DNA of 64,000 bases from an uncultured beta proteobacterium (GTDB lineage: Bacteria; Pseudomonadota; Gammaproteobacteria; Burkholderiales; JACQAP01). The position numbers and the translations under genes are program-made. The DNA lies in NCBI GenBank assembly GCA_963846655.1, contig CAWJWT010000002.1, positions 875,247 to 939,246 on the forward strand, given 5' to 3'. The notes beneath the pieces are model-generated. The model saw only the letters and a program-made list of their open reading frames with translations. It was not told the origin of the DNA and did no database searches. Below, in pieces: positions 28,193 to 37,387 of the stretch. Numbering within the stretch: the stretch's first letter is position 1; each line of letters opens with the position of its first letter.

Positions 28193-28773
28193 GAACAAAA
28201 GAATTCCGCCTCAATACCTTAGGCTTTCCCAATCGACCTGGCGTATCTCGCAGCGGGACACGCCCATGCGGATCGCACCGCAAGCCCGGTGCTGCCCCGC
28301 CCGGACCTGCCTGGTCTGCCGTACCTGCCCGGCGTCGCGCGCTGCGCGATTCAAGCCTGCTCAAGTTCCAACATTTGCTGCCGTTATCAGCATCAGCGGA
28401 CCCGCAAGAGGGGCGAAGCCATCGCCACGCGCGAGAGGTCTGCAAGCGCGGCAGCCTTTGACAGGACGGTGTTTCCTTACCGGCATGACGGCATTGAAAA
28501 TTTGCAATTGATCTAGCAAATAGAACGACTTCTGCACTATTACCCATCCCGTTGTGCCAGCGCGGTGGGGCCTTGCCACGCCCTCATGTAAGGAAATCCT
28601 TACGTCCCGGCAGGAAATAAACATACAGCATATTTGGCGTACGACTACTTCAACTCGTCCTTGGCTTGGCGTTCAATGTCGCCGGACAGAGACGGGATCG
28701 TTCGTGCGGGCTTCGTCCGCACAAGCCGGTTCCGAAAAAAAATTGACGCAGGGGCCTTCAAGGGGGGCGCTAA
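28193..28773 (+). promoter_or_regulatory. Long non-coding leader/control region upstream of flhDC
   Basis: ~580 nt without a credible ORF. Has a locally AT-rich patch, an inverted repeat ATTTGC-N10-GCAAAT (28500-28521), an A8 tract at ~28733-28740, and an AAGGGGGG Shine-Dalgarno before the flhD ATG. Confidence 0.5.
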
Positions 28774-29091
28774 ATGAGCACAGCCAAATTGTTGGACGAA
28801 ATCCGTGACGCAAACCTGAATTATCTCCTGCTTGCCCAGTCGCTGATACGCGAGGACCGTGACGCGGCGATCTATCGTCTGGGCGTGAGCGAGGAACTCG
28901 CGGAATTGCTCGATGCGCTCAGTCCCCTGCAGCTGATGAAGATTGCGTCATCGTCGACATTGCTGTGCCGGTTGCGTTATGACGATCGCCTGATCTTCGA
29001 CATGCTGGTGAGCCACAGCAAGGACAAGCCGATGGCGCGCACCCATGCCGCGATTCTTGGTGCCAGCCGGCCCGTGGAAGTGCTGGCCTGA
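28774..29091 (+). CDS. flhD: Flagellar master regulator subunit FlhD
   Basis: MSTAKLLDEIRDANLNYLLLAQSLIREDRDAAIYRLGVSEELAELL...; 105 aa; immediately upstream of flhC. Confidence 0.9.
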   Translation: MSTAKLLDEIRDANLNYLLLAQSLIREDRDAAIYRLGVSEELAELLDALSPLQLMKIASSSTLLCRLRYDDRLIFDMLVSHSKDKPMARTHAAILGASRPVEVLA

Positions 29092-29123
29092 AGCGGGCCC
29101 ACGACCCGTTCGAACACAGGGCC

Positions 29124-29675
29124 ATGACCATGAAAAGCATCATCAACGAAGCCCAGCAAATCGAGCTCGCGATCGACCTGATCGAACTGGGCGCCAGACT
29201 CCAGGTGCTGGAAGTGGAAACCACGCTCAGCCGCGAACGCCTGCTGCGCCTTTACAAGGAAGTCAAAGGCGTATCGCCTCCCAAAGGCATGCTGCCGTTT
29301 TCAACGGACTGGTTTCTGACCTGGCAGCCGAACATCCACGCCTCGCTGTTCATGGAAATTCACCGCTTCCTGATCGCAAACACGGCGACCCGCGGTATCC
29401 ATGCGACGGTCAAGGCGTTCAAACTCTATCAGGAACATGCGCTGATGGATGGTATGGAGCCGATTCTGACCTTCACCCGCGCCTGGACGTTGCGCCGTTA
29501 CTTTGATTCGAAGTTGCTGACCCTGGCGCCCTGCCGGGAATGTTCCGGTCATTTCGTCGTCAACTCGCTCGACCTGCATTGCGCGTTCGTCTGCGGGTTG
29601 TGCGCGCCGCCTTCCCGGGCCGGCAAGACCCGCAAGGCTGTCGTAACCGCCTCAGCGCTCGCCGTTCCGGTCTAG
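29124..29675 (+). CDS. flhC: Flagellar master regulator subunit FlhC
   Basis: SIINEAQQIELAIDLIELGARLQVLEVETTLSRERLLRLYKEVKG...; C-terminal zinc-site cysteines CRECSGHF...CGLC. Confidence 0.9.
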   Translation: MTMKSIINEAQQIELAIDLIELGARLQVLEVETTLSRERLLRLYKEVKGVSPPKGMLPFSTDWFLTWQPNIHASLFMEIHRFLIANTATRGIHATVKAFKLYQEHALMDGMEPILTFTRAWTLRRYFDSKLLTLAPCRECSGHFVVNSLDLHCAFVCGLCAPPSRAGKTRKAVVTASALAVPV

Positions 29676-29796
29676 CCGCGTAGCCCCGCCGGGGGATTAG
29701 CCGGGCGTTTCCCCCGCTTTTCCGGGTATTGAGGGCGCCGCCCCGCTGTTAGCCTTCCGTTCAGATTCCACCTTCTGCCTGCGGGCGGCGCAATCC

Positions 29797-30657
29797 ATGC
29801 TGGTTATCATTGGTTATATTGTCGTCTGCCTTTCCGTGTTCGGAGGGTTCGCGCTGGCGGGCGGGCACCTCTCCGCGCTGGCGCAGCCGATCGAGCTGCT
29901 CATGATCGGTGGCGCTGCCACGGGCGCTTTCTTCGTCGGCAACTCGATGAAGGGCATCAAGGCCACGTTTCGAAGCCTTCCTTCCCTGTTCAAAGGGTCC
30001 CGCTACAGCAAACGGGTGTTCATGCAGCTCATGGGCCTGCTGTATGAGATTCTGGCCAAAGTCCGCAAAGAAGGATTGATGGCCATCGAAGCGGATGTGG
30101 AGTCCCCGAAAGAAAGTCCGATCTTCTCCAAATACCCAAATATCCTCGACGATCATCATGCAGTCGAGTTTCTGACCGATTACCTGCGCCTCATGGTCAG
30201 CGGAAACCTGAACGCTTTCGAAATCGAGAATCTGATGGACAACGAAATCGAAACACACCACCGCGAAGGCGAGATTCCGGTCCACATCATCCAGAAACTC
30301 GGAGATGGCCTGCCCGCGTTCGGCATCGTGGCCGCAGTGATGGGCGTCGTGCACACCATGGCCTCGGTCGGCCTGCCGCCCTCGGAACTCGGCATGCTCA
30401 TCGCGCATGCGCTGGTAGGGACGTTCCTGGGCATCTTGCTCGCGTATGGCTTCGTTGGTCCGCTCGCGAGCCTGCTCGAACAGAAACTGAACGAATCGAG
30501 CAAACCGCTAGAGTGCATCAAGGTTACCCTGCTCGCGAGCTTGAACGGCTATGCGCCGGCGCTGGCCGTCGAGTTCGGCCGCAAGGTCCTGTTCTCGACG
30601 GAGCGGCCGTCCTTCGCCGAGCTCGAAGAACACGTCAAGCAGGCCAAGAAAAAATAG
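29797..30657 (+). CDS. motA: Flagellar stator protein MotA
   Basis: 286 aa, four TM helices, conserved C-terminal region ...PAFGIVAAVMGVVHTMASV...ALVGTFLGILLAYGFVGPLA. Confidence 0.9.
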   Translation: MLVIIGYIVVCLSVFGGFALAGGHLSALAQPIELLMIGGAATGAFFVGNSMKGIKATFRSLPSLFKGSRYSKRVFMQLMGLLYEILAKVRKEGLMAIEADVESPKESPIFSKYPNILDDHHAVEFLTDYLRLMVSGNLNAFEIENLMDNEIETHHREGEIPVHIIQKLGDGLPAFGIVAAVMGVVHTMASVGLPPSELGMLIAHALVGTFLGILLAYGFVGPLASLLEQKLNESSKPLECIKVTLLASLNGYAPALAVEFGRKVLFSTERPSFAELEEHVKQAKKK

Positions 30658-30696
30658 TTCCGGCTCACCCACTCCGTCATTTCCCGGGAATCCATC

Positions 30697-31620
30697 GTGC
30701 AAGACGAAAGCCAGCGACCGATCATCGTCAGACGGCGAAAGGTAGTCAAAGGCGGAGCGCACGGCGGCGCATGGAAAATCGCCTACGCCGACTTCGTCAC
30801 GGCGATGATGGCGTTCTTTCTGCTCATGTGGCTGCTGGGCTCGACGACCAAGGGCGAACTCGAAGGCATCGCGGACTATTTCAAGAATCCGTTGCGCGTG
30901 ACCATGCAGGGCGGTTCGGGTGCCGGTGACGCATCGAGCGTGATCAAGGGCGGCGGCCGCGACCTCACGCGGCAAGCCGGACAGATGGACCGGGGTGAAA
31001 TTCGCGACCGCAAGCGGCCGATCGACATCAAGGCCGCCCAGGCCGAACTCGACAGGATGGAAATGCTGCGGCTGCAGGATCTGAAAGGAAAGCTCGATGC
31101 CGCCATCGACGCGATCCCCGCACTGCAGCCGTACCGCAACCAGTTGCTCATCGACATCACCTCCGAGGGATTGCGCATCCAGATCGTGGATGAGAAAAAC
31201 CGGCCGATGTTCGAACTCGGCCGCGCGCGGCTGCTCGCGCACACGCGCGACATCCTGCATGAGATCGGCAAAGTCCTGAACGATGTACCCAACCGCATCA
31301 GCCTCGCCGGCCACACGGACGCTACGCCGTACTTCGGCGGCGAGCGGGGGTACAGCAACTGGGAACTGTCGACCGACCGCGCCAACGCGTCGCGGCGCGA
31401 ACTGATTGCAGGCGGCATGCGCGAGGACAAGATCATGCGCGTCGTCGGATTGTCCTCGGCGGTGCTGTTCGACAAAACGGACCCGCACAATCCGATCAAT
31501 CGGCGCGTGAGCATCATCGTCATGAAAAAGCGCATCGAGGAAGCGGTGGGCAGCGATGGCCAGCAGGTCGATGTCGGCGAAGCCGGCATCGCCGAACCGG
31601 CCACGCTGGTGCCGCAATAA
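30697..31620 (+). CDS. motB: Flagellar stator protein MotB
   Basis: GTG start. GGAWKIAYADFVTAMMAFFLLMWLL (plug/TM with the conserved Asp) and a C-terminal OmpA-like peptidoglycan-binding domain (SNWELSTDRANASRREL). Confidence 0.9.
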   Translation: MQDESQRPIIVRRRKVVKGGAHGGAWKIAYADFVTAMMAFFLLMWLLGSTTKGELEGIADYFKNPLRVTMQGGSGAGDASSVIKGGGRDLTRQAGQMDRGEIRDRKRPIDIKAAQAELDRMEMLRLQDLKGKLDAAIDAIPALQPYRNQLLIDITSEGLRIQIVDEKNRPMFELGRARLLAHTRDILHEIGKVLNDVPNRISLAGHTDATPYFGGERGYSNWELSTDRANASRRELIAGGMREDKIMRVVGLSSAVLFDKTDPHNPINRRVSIIVMKKRIEEAVGSDGQQVDVGEAGIAEPATLVPQ

Positions 31621-31657
31621 GGCGCGCGATGAACGACCAAGGTTCAAGACAGACAGC

Positions 31658-32449
31658 ATGATCACTTCGACCACGACCAAGCCCGTTTCATCGCCTGGAT
31701 TCGATAACGGCCCGTTGCGTCGAGCGATGCTCGCGCAGCTCGCGGGCACGGTCGTTGCCATCCTGGCCGCGGCGCTGTGGTCCCTGCATGCCGGTACAGC
31801 GATGACGACGATGCACTGGCTACTCGTCCAGGCCGTGGCCTCAGCCGTCTTTGCCGCGCTCGCCGGCCTGGCGTGGTGGTGGGTGCTACTGAATCTGGTG
31901 TTCGCGCCTGCGCTTGGCGCAGGCGTGGAAGGAGCGCTCGCACCGGGCTGGTCCGCCGCCGCACTGGTTGCGTTGCTGCTCGTTTACGGCGGCACGCAAG
32001 CCACGCGGGTCCCGCTTTATTTGTCCAGCGCGGCGGCCGTGCAGACCTTGCGCGATCTGCTTCCAGCCGACCGGGCGCTGTCGTTTCTGGATCTGGGCGC
32101 TGGCACCGGTACCGTGCTTGCAGCCATTGCGGCGAGCCATCCGAACGCGAGAGTCTGCGGCGTAGAGCGCGCGCCCTTGCCGTGCCTGATCGCTGCACTG
32201 CGGGCGCGACTGCAGGCGATTGCCTACCATGTCCGCTGGGCGAATTTCTGGACGACGGACCTGGCCCCGCATGACGTCGTCTACGCCTATCTGTCTCCCC
32301 AACCCATGAACCGGTTATGGGAGAAAGCGCAGCGTGAAATGCGGCCGGGGTCGCTGCTCGTGAGTTTTCGTTTCGCCATTCCCGGCGTGATGCCCACGAC
32401 TATCGTGGCTGCGGGCGGCAACTGGATGTACGTGTGGCGGCTGCCATGA
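31658..32449 (+). CDS. Membrane-anchored class I SAM-dependent methyltransferase-like protein
   Basis: N-terminal ~120 aa has 3-4 hydrophobic helices. The C-terminal half carries SAM motif I FLDLGAGTGTV and a following acidic loop (VCGVERAP). ATG at 31658; its stop overlaps the next gene's ATG (ATGA). Confidence 0.6.
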   Translation: MITSTTTKPVSSPGFDNGPLRRAMLAQLAGTVVAILAAALWSLHAGTAMTTMHWLLVQAVASAVFAALAGLAWWWVLLNLVFAPALGAGVEGALAPGWSAAALVALLLVYGGTQATRVPLYLSSAAAVQTLRDLLPADRALSFLDLGAGTGTVLAAIAASHPNARVCGVERAPLPCLIAALRARLQAIAYHVRWANFWTTDLAPHDVVYAYLSPQPMNRLWEKAQREMRPGSLLVSFRFAIPGVMPTTIVAAGGNWMYVWRLP

Positions 32450-33990
32450 TCCTGGATACGCCGGGCCGGCATCCGATCCAGCTCTGGATCGAAGTCATGA
32501 GCGGTGCCCAACTCCCGGTGCTCGGGCAAACCCTGCGCCAGATTGCACAGCTGCGCAAGGATGAGGAAAGCGTGCGGCCGCGCGATCTGTCCCAGGTCGT
32601 CCTTCACGATCCACTGATGGCGGTGCGGGTGCTGCGTTTCCTGAAGAATCTGCCCGAAGAACGCCTGATGACGGAAATAACGACCGTCGAACATGCCATC
32701 ATGATGCTCGGCGTCTCGCCCTTCTTCCGGACGTTCACCAATCTGCGGTCGCTCGATACGGAACTCGCGTCCAGCAGAAACGCATTGCAGGGCCTGATTG
32801 CGGTGGTTGGTCGCGCCCGCCATGCGGCGCTGCATGCGCAGGAGTGGGCGCGCCTGCGACACGACATAAAATCCGACGAAGTCGTCATTGCCACGTTGCT
32901 GCACGACATGGCCGAAATGCTGCTCTGGCTTTTCGCGCCGTCCAAGGCCGAAGAAATCGAGGCCCGTCTGGCGGGCGATGCCACTCTGCGCAGCGTCGAG
33001 GTCCAGCGCGCCGTGCTGGGCTTCGCGCTGAACGAATTGCAACTCGCGCTGGCGGCGCAATGGGGCCTGCCGCCGCTCATCACGTCGCTGATGGACGATT
33101 ATCGCGCCGAGCGACCCCGCGCCCGAAATGTCCTGCTGGCGGTCAAACTCACGCGCCATGCCAACAATGGCTGGGAAGATGCGGCGCTGCCCGATGATAT
33201 CGAGGGCATCCGCCGCCTGGTAAGCCGGCCGCTAGCCGAAGTCAGGCAGCGCATATTCAATACGGCGCTCGACGCCAGCCGCGATCACGAATGGTATGGA
33301 GAGCGTGCGCCGGCGACGTGGCTGCCGCCGTTTCCGCTGGCAATGGAAGGCGTCGCGTCCCCGCCGGGTCCGCGCAGCGTCCTTTCGATCCACAATCGGG
33401 TCAAGCGGCTGCTCGCGTCGGACGCGGACGAGCATCTCATCAACTGGGCGGCCTCCGGAGCGCCGAGCACACAAACACCGACCCCCGGCCTCGCGGCGCT
33501 GGTCGCGCTGACGTTCCATGGCCTCTACAAAGGGATCGGGCTTGCGCGTCAGATATTTTTTGTTCTGGATGCGTCCGGGGCGGTGGCGCGGTCCCGTTAT
33601 CTTGGGGGCGCACGCGAGAGCAGCAAATTCATGCGCCACACATTGCCCATGGGGATGGCCAATGCGTTGACGCGCAGGCTCATGCAGGACGGAGCGATCT
33701 GGTGGAGCAGGGCGGAAAACGAGATTGCGTTGACGGATTTGCCGCGTGAATGGCGCCTGGTCAGTGACGGGGAAGCCTTCTTCGCCGGCTTGATACGCAC
33801 GGACGACGGCCGCGGCGCACTGCTGTACTGCGACGCCAACAAGGGATCCATGGCGCTGAACGAGGAACGTTTCGGCCAGTTCCGCGAAATTTGCGATCTG
33901 CTCAGTACCAAGCTGGCAGGCCCGCTGCCCGAAGTGCTCCCGCCGGTGGAGCCGGGCGCATCCTTGCGCCCCTTGGGGCCTGCTGCTTAA
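32446..33990 (+). CDS. HDOD-domain signalling protein with an uncharacterised C-terminal (possibly GAF-like) domain
   Basis: N-terminal ~270 aa: ...LPVLGQTLRQIAQL...DLSQVVLHDPLMAVRVLRFLKN...ATLLHDMAEMLLW (HD-related output domain pattern). C-terminal ~200 aa has no motif I can name. Confidence 0.65.
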   Translation: MILDTPGRHPIQLWIEVMSGAQLPVLGQTLRQIAQLRKDEESVRPRDLSQVVLHDPLMAVRVLRFLKNLPEERLMTEITTVEHAIMMLGVSPFFRTFTNLRSLDTELASSRNALQGLIAVVGRARHAALHAQEWARLRHDIKSDEVVIATLLHDMAEMLLWLFAPSKAEEIEARLAGDATLRSVEVQRAVLGFALNELQLALAAQWGLPPLITSLMDDYRAERPRARNVLLAVKLTRHANNGWEDAALPDDIEGIRRLVSRPLAEVRQRIFNTALDASRDHEWYGERAPATWLPPFPLAMEGVASPPGPRSVLSIHNRVKRLLASDADEHLINWAASGAPSTQTPTPGLAALVALTFHGLYKGIGLARQIFFVLDASGAVARSRYLGGARESSKFMRHTLPMGMANALTRRLMQDGAIWWSRAENEIALTDLPREWRLVSDGEAFFAGLIRTDDGRGALLYCDANKGSMALNEERFGQFREICDLLSTKLAGPLPEVLPPVEPGASLRPLGPAA

Positions 33991-34169
33991 GCTGTCTCGC
34001 GCACACACAGTCAGGACCGTTGCACGGCTTTTGGCCGGATACCGCTCGCGGACGGCACGCACGTCAGACCGGCTGGCAGGGGTGAATTGGGGCCGAATCG
34101 CCCTCCTGTTTGTCCGATTGATCCCGCCCCGTGCCCCTGATACTCGCAGCCATTGGCATTGGATTGTTC

Positions 34170-35312
34170 ATGGCTGAAGAAAACGATTTCGAGAAGACGG
34201 AACCCGCGTCACCCCGGCGTCTCGAGCAGGCGCGCGAGGAAGGCCAGGTCGCACGCTCGCAGGAACTCAATACATTCGCGCTGCTCGCGACAGTCGGCCT
34301 GTCGGTCTGGCTGCTGGGCGGACCGATGCTGGCAAGCCTCACCGCCATGATGCGAAACGCCCTCACATTGTCTGCCGCCGACAGCTTTCAACCCGAGCAC
34401 ATGCTCAGCTTGCTGGGGCGCCATGGCGCGCAGGCTTTCACCAGCATCGCGCCGGTGTTGCTCACGGCATTTGTTGCCGCCCTGGCGGCACCGCTGCTGC
34501 TCAGCGGGTGGCTGTTTACGCTCAAGCCGCTGCAGCCGAATTTTTCCCGGATGAATCCGCTGAACGGCCTGGGCCGCATTTTCTCTTCCCACGGCCTGGT
34601 GGAGCTGATCAAGGGAATCGCCAAGGTCGCGGCGGTTGGGGGCGTGGCTGCCCTTGTCGTCTGGAACAATCTCGATGCCGTGTTTGCGCTGCTGCGCGAG
34701 AACGCCTCCAACGCGTTCATTCACGCGGCGCGCCTGGTCGGCTGGATGCTGCTCATTACGATCGGCGGCATGGCGGCGATCGTTGCCATCGACGTTCCAT
34801 TTCAGCTCTGGAGCCACTTTCGAAAACTGCGCATGTCGAAGGCAGAACTCAAGCGCGAAGCGAAAGAAACCGAAGGCGACCCGCAGATCAAGGCGCGCAT
34901 CCGCAGCCTGCAGCGCGAAGCCGCGCGCAAGCGCATGATGGCCGAAGTCCCCAAGGCGGACGTCGTCATCACCAATCCGGCCCATTTCTCGGTCGCGCTG
35001 TCGTACCGGGAGAGCTCCATGCGCGCACCGCGCGTCATCGCCAAGGGCCGCGATCTGACCGCGCTGCGCATCCGGGAACTGGCGCGCGAGCATCGCGTGC
35101 CCATCATCGAAGCGCCGCCGCTGGCGCGCGCGCTATATCGCCATACCGATCTCGAACAAGAGATTCCCGAAGCGCTGTACACCGCTGTGGCTGAGGTGCT
35201 CGCCTACATATTCCAGTTGCGCCGTTTCAATGCCGAAGGCGGCCGTGCGCCGGAAATGCCCGGCGACATCGTGGTTCCTGCCGGCCTCGATCCACAGGAA
35301 GGTAACCTGTAA
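34170..35312 (+). CDS. flhB: Flagellar export apparatus switch protein FlhB
   Basis: MAEENDFEKTEPASPRRLEQAREEGQVARSQEL (canonical FlhB N-terminus), four TM helices. The autocleavage site reads NPAH (34974-34985) instead of NPTH. Confidence 0.9.
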   Translation: MAEENDFEKTEPASPRRLEQAREEGQVARSQELNTFALLATVGLSVWLLGGPMLASLTAMMRNALTLSAADSFQPEHMLSLLGRHGAQAFTSIAPVLLTAFVAALAAPLLLSGWLFTLKPLQPNFSRMNPLNGLGRIFSSHGLVELIKGIAKVAAVGGVAALVVWNNLDAVFALLRENASNAFIHAARLVGWMLLITIGGMAAIVAIDVPFQLWSHFRKLRMSKAELKREAKETEGDPQIKARIRSLQREAARKRMMAEVPKADVVITNPAHFSVALSYRESSMRAPRVIAKGRDLTALRIRELAREHRVPIIEAPPLARALYRHTDLEQEIPEALYTAVAEVLAYIFQLRRFNAEGGRAPEMPGDIVVPAGLDPQEGNL

Positions 35313-37387
35313 TGGCCACCGCGCAACTCCTGCCGCTGCCGAACCGCCACCTGAGCCTCATGGCGGGGCCGGTATTGATCGTCATGATCATGGCGATGAT
35401 GGTGCTGCCGTTGCCGCCCTTTGCGCTAGACGTCCTGTTCACGTTCAACATCGCGCTGTCGATCATGGTCATGCTGGTCGCGCTTTACACGGTGCGCCCG
35501 CTGGATTTCTCTATTTTCCCGGTGGTGCTGCTCATCACCACGTTGTTGCGATTGTCGTTGAACGTCGCCTCGACCCGGGTGGTATTGCTGCAGGGACATA
35601 CCGGCGGGGATGCCGCCGGCAAGGTCATCGAGGCCTTCGGGCATTTCATGATCGGCGGCAACTACGCGGTGGGTCTGGTCGTGTTCATCATCCTCGTGGT
35701 GATCAACTTCGTCGTGATCACCAAGGGTGCCGGCCGTATCGCCGAAGTCGGCGCCCGCTTTACCCTCGATGCGATGCCCGGAAAACAGATGGCCATCGAT
35801 GCCGATCTGAATGCCGGCCTGATCGGAGAGGATGTCGCGCGCAAGCGGCGCGCGGACATATCGCAGGAAGCGGATTTCTACGGCGCCATGGACGGCGCCA
35901 GCAAGTTCGTGCGCGGCGACGCCATAGCGGGCATTCTGGTGATGGTCATCAACGTCATCGGCGGTCTGGTGGTCGGTGTCATCCAGCATGACATGTCGAT
36001 GGGCGACGCCGCGCACAATTACATCCTGCTCGCCATCGGCGACGGCCTCGTGGCGCAGATCCCGGCGCTGCTGATTTCCGTGGCTGCCGGCATCGTGGTC
36101 AGCCGGGTCGGCTCGGAGCAGCCGCTCGGCGAACAATTCATCGGCCAGTTGCTGCGCCGGCCCGAAGCGCTGGCGGTCACGGCGGCCATCGTGGGCGCGC
36201 TGGGCATCGTGCCAGGCATGCCGCATGTTGCGTTTCTGCTGCTGGCGGCCGCCATGGGAGGGGTTGCCTACGTGATGCGCGGCGTGAACGCGGCCGAACC
36301 GCAGGCCGCCGCACCGCTTCCCGCGGAAGCCAAAACGGCGGAAACGCAGGACGCAACCTGGGGCGATGTCACACCCGTCGATACGCTTGGGCTTGAAGTC
36401 GGGTACCGGCTGATCCCGCTGGTCGATCAGGCACAGAACGGCGAACTGCTGCGCCGGATCAAGGCCATTCGCCGCAAGTTCGCGCAGGACATCGGCTTCT
36501 TGCCGCCTTCCGTGCACATCCGCGACAACCTCGAGCTCAAACCCGGTGCCTATCGCATTGCGCTCAAGGGCGTGGAAGTCGGCCGCGGCGATGCATTGCC
36601 GGGACAGTTTCTCGCGATCAACCCCGGCCGCGTCAGCGGCTCGCTGCAAGGCACGCCTACCACCGATCCGGCGTTCGGCTTGCCGGCCGTCTGGATCGAA
36701 TCGGCCGAGCGCGAACATGCGCAGGTGCTCGGCTATACCGTGGTCGACGCGAGTACCGTCATCGCCACGCATCTGAATCATATCGTGCAGCAGCATGCAG
36801 CCGAGCTGCTCGGGCGCCAGGAAGTCCAGCAACTGCTGGATCATCTGGGCAAGGAAGCACCCAAGCTCGTCGAAGACCTGGTGCCCAAGACCGTCCCGCT
36901 GTCGGTCCTGCATAAAACCTTGCGATCCCTGCTCGAGGAAGGCGTGCATATCCGCGACATGCGCTCCATCCTGGAGACCATTGCGGAGCATGGACCGCGC
37001 ACGCAGGATCCCCAGGAGCTCGCAGCACAGGTTCGCATTGCCCTGGGCCGTGCCATTGCCCAGCAGATCGCGCCGGCGGGCAACGAAGTGCAGGTCGTCG
37101 CCCTGTCGCCCGATCTCGAACGTTTGCTGGTTCAGGCCATGCAAAATGGCGGCGCGCCGGGCATCGAACCGGGGCTTGCCGATGCGCTTGCAACAGAGGC
37201 TGCCGCGGCGGCGGCCAAAATGGACCAGCTGGGCCACTCCCCGGTGCTGCTGGTCGCGCCGCAGTTGCGCGCGTCGCTATCGCGTTTCCTGCGCCGCACG
37301 ATTCCCACCCTGCGCGTGATTGCGCACACTGAAATTCCCGACAGCCACAAGATCCGCGTTGCATCCATTCTCGGAGGTAGGTCATGA
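35312..37387 (+). CDS. flhA: Flagellar export apparatus protein FlhA
   Basis: 691 aa. FHIPEP-region sequence ...ITKGAGRIAEVGARFTLDAMPGKQMAIDADL... ATG overlaps the flhB stop. Uninterrupted frame. Confidence 0.95.
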   Translation: MATAQLLPLPNRHLSLMAGPVLIVMIMAMMVLPLPPFALDVLFTFNIALSIMVMLVALYTVRPLDFSIFPVVLLITTLLRLSLNVASTRVVLLQGHTGGDAAGKVIEAFGHFMIGGNYAVGLVVFIILVVINFVVITKGAGRIAEVGARFTLDAMPGKQMAIDADLNAGLIGEDVARKRRADISQEADFYGAMDGASKFVRGDAIAGILVMVINVIGGLVVGVIQHDMSMGDAAHNYILLAIGDGLVAQIPALLISVAAGIVVSRVGSEQPLGEQFIGQLLRRPEALAVTAAIVGALGIVPGMPHVAFLLLAAAMGGVAYVMRGVNAAEPQAAAPLPAEAKTAETQDATWGDVTPVDTLGLEVGYRLIPLVDQAQNGELLRRIKAIRRKFAQDIGFLPPSVHIRDNLELKPGAYRIALKGVEVGRGDALPGQFLAINPGRVSGSLQGTPTTDPAFGLPAVWIESAEREHAQVLGYTVVDASTVIATHLNHIVQQHAAELLGRQEVQQLLDHLGKEAPKLVEDLVPKTVPLSVLHKTLRSLLEEGVHIRDMRSILETIAEHGPRTQDPQELAAQVRIALGRAIAQQIAPAGNEVQVVALSPDLERLLVQAMQNGGAPGIEPGLADALATEAAAAAAKMDQLGHSPVLLVAPQLRASLSRFLRRTIPTLRVIAHTEIPDSHKIRVASILGGRS

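Noticed and set aside
28117-29000. tRNA-Thr as a possible integration site marking the flagellar block as a genomic island.
   Set aside because: There is no integrase, no direct repeat of the tRNA 3' end that I could find downstream, no obvious compositional break, and the downstream genes form a coherent core flagellar regulon.
29676-29796. Search for a sigma-28 promoter upstream of motA.
   Set aside because: No GCCGATAA-like -10 or TAAAG-like -35 is present in the 120-nt flhC-motA gap. motAB may be co-transcribed with flhDC, but I cannot show this from the sequence.
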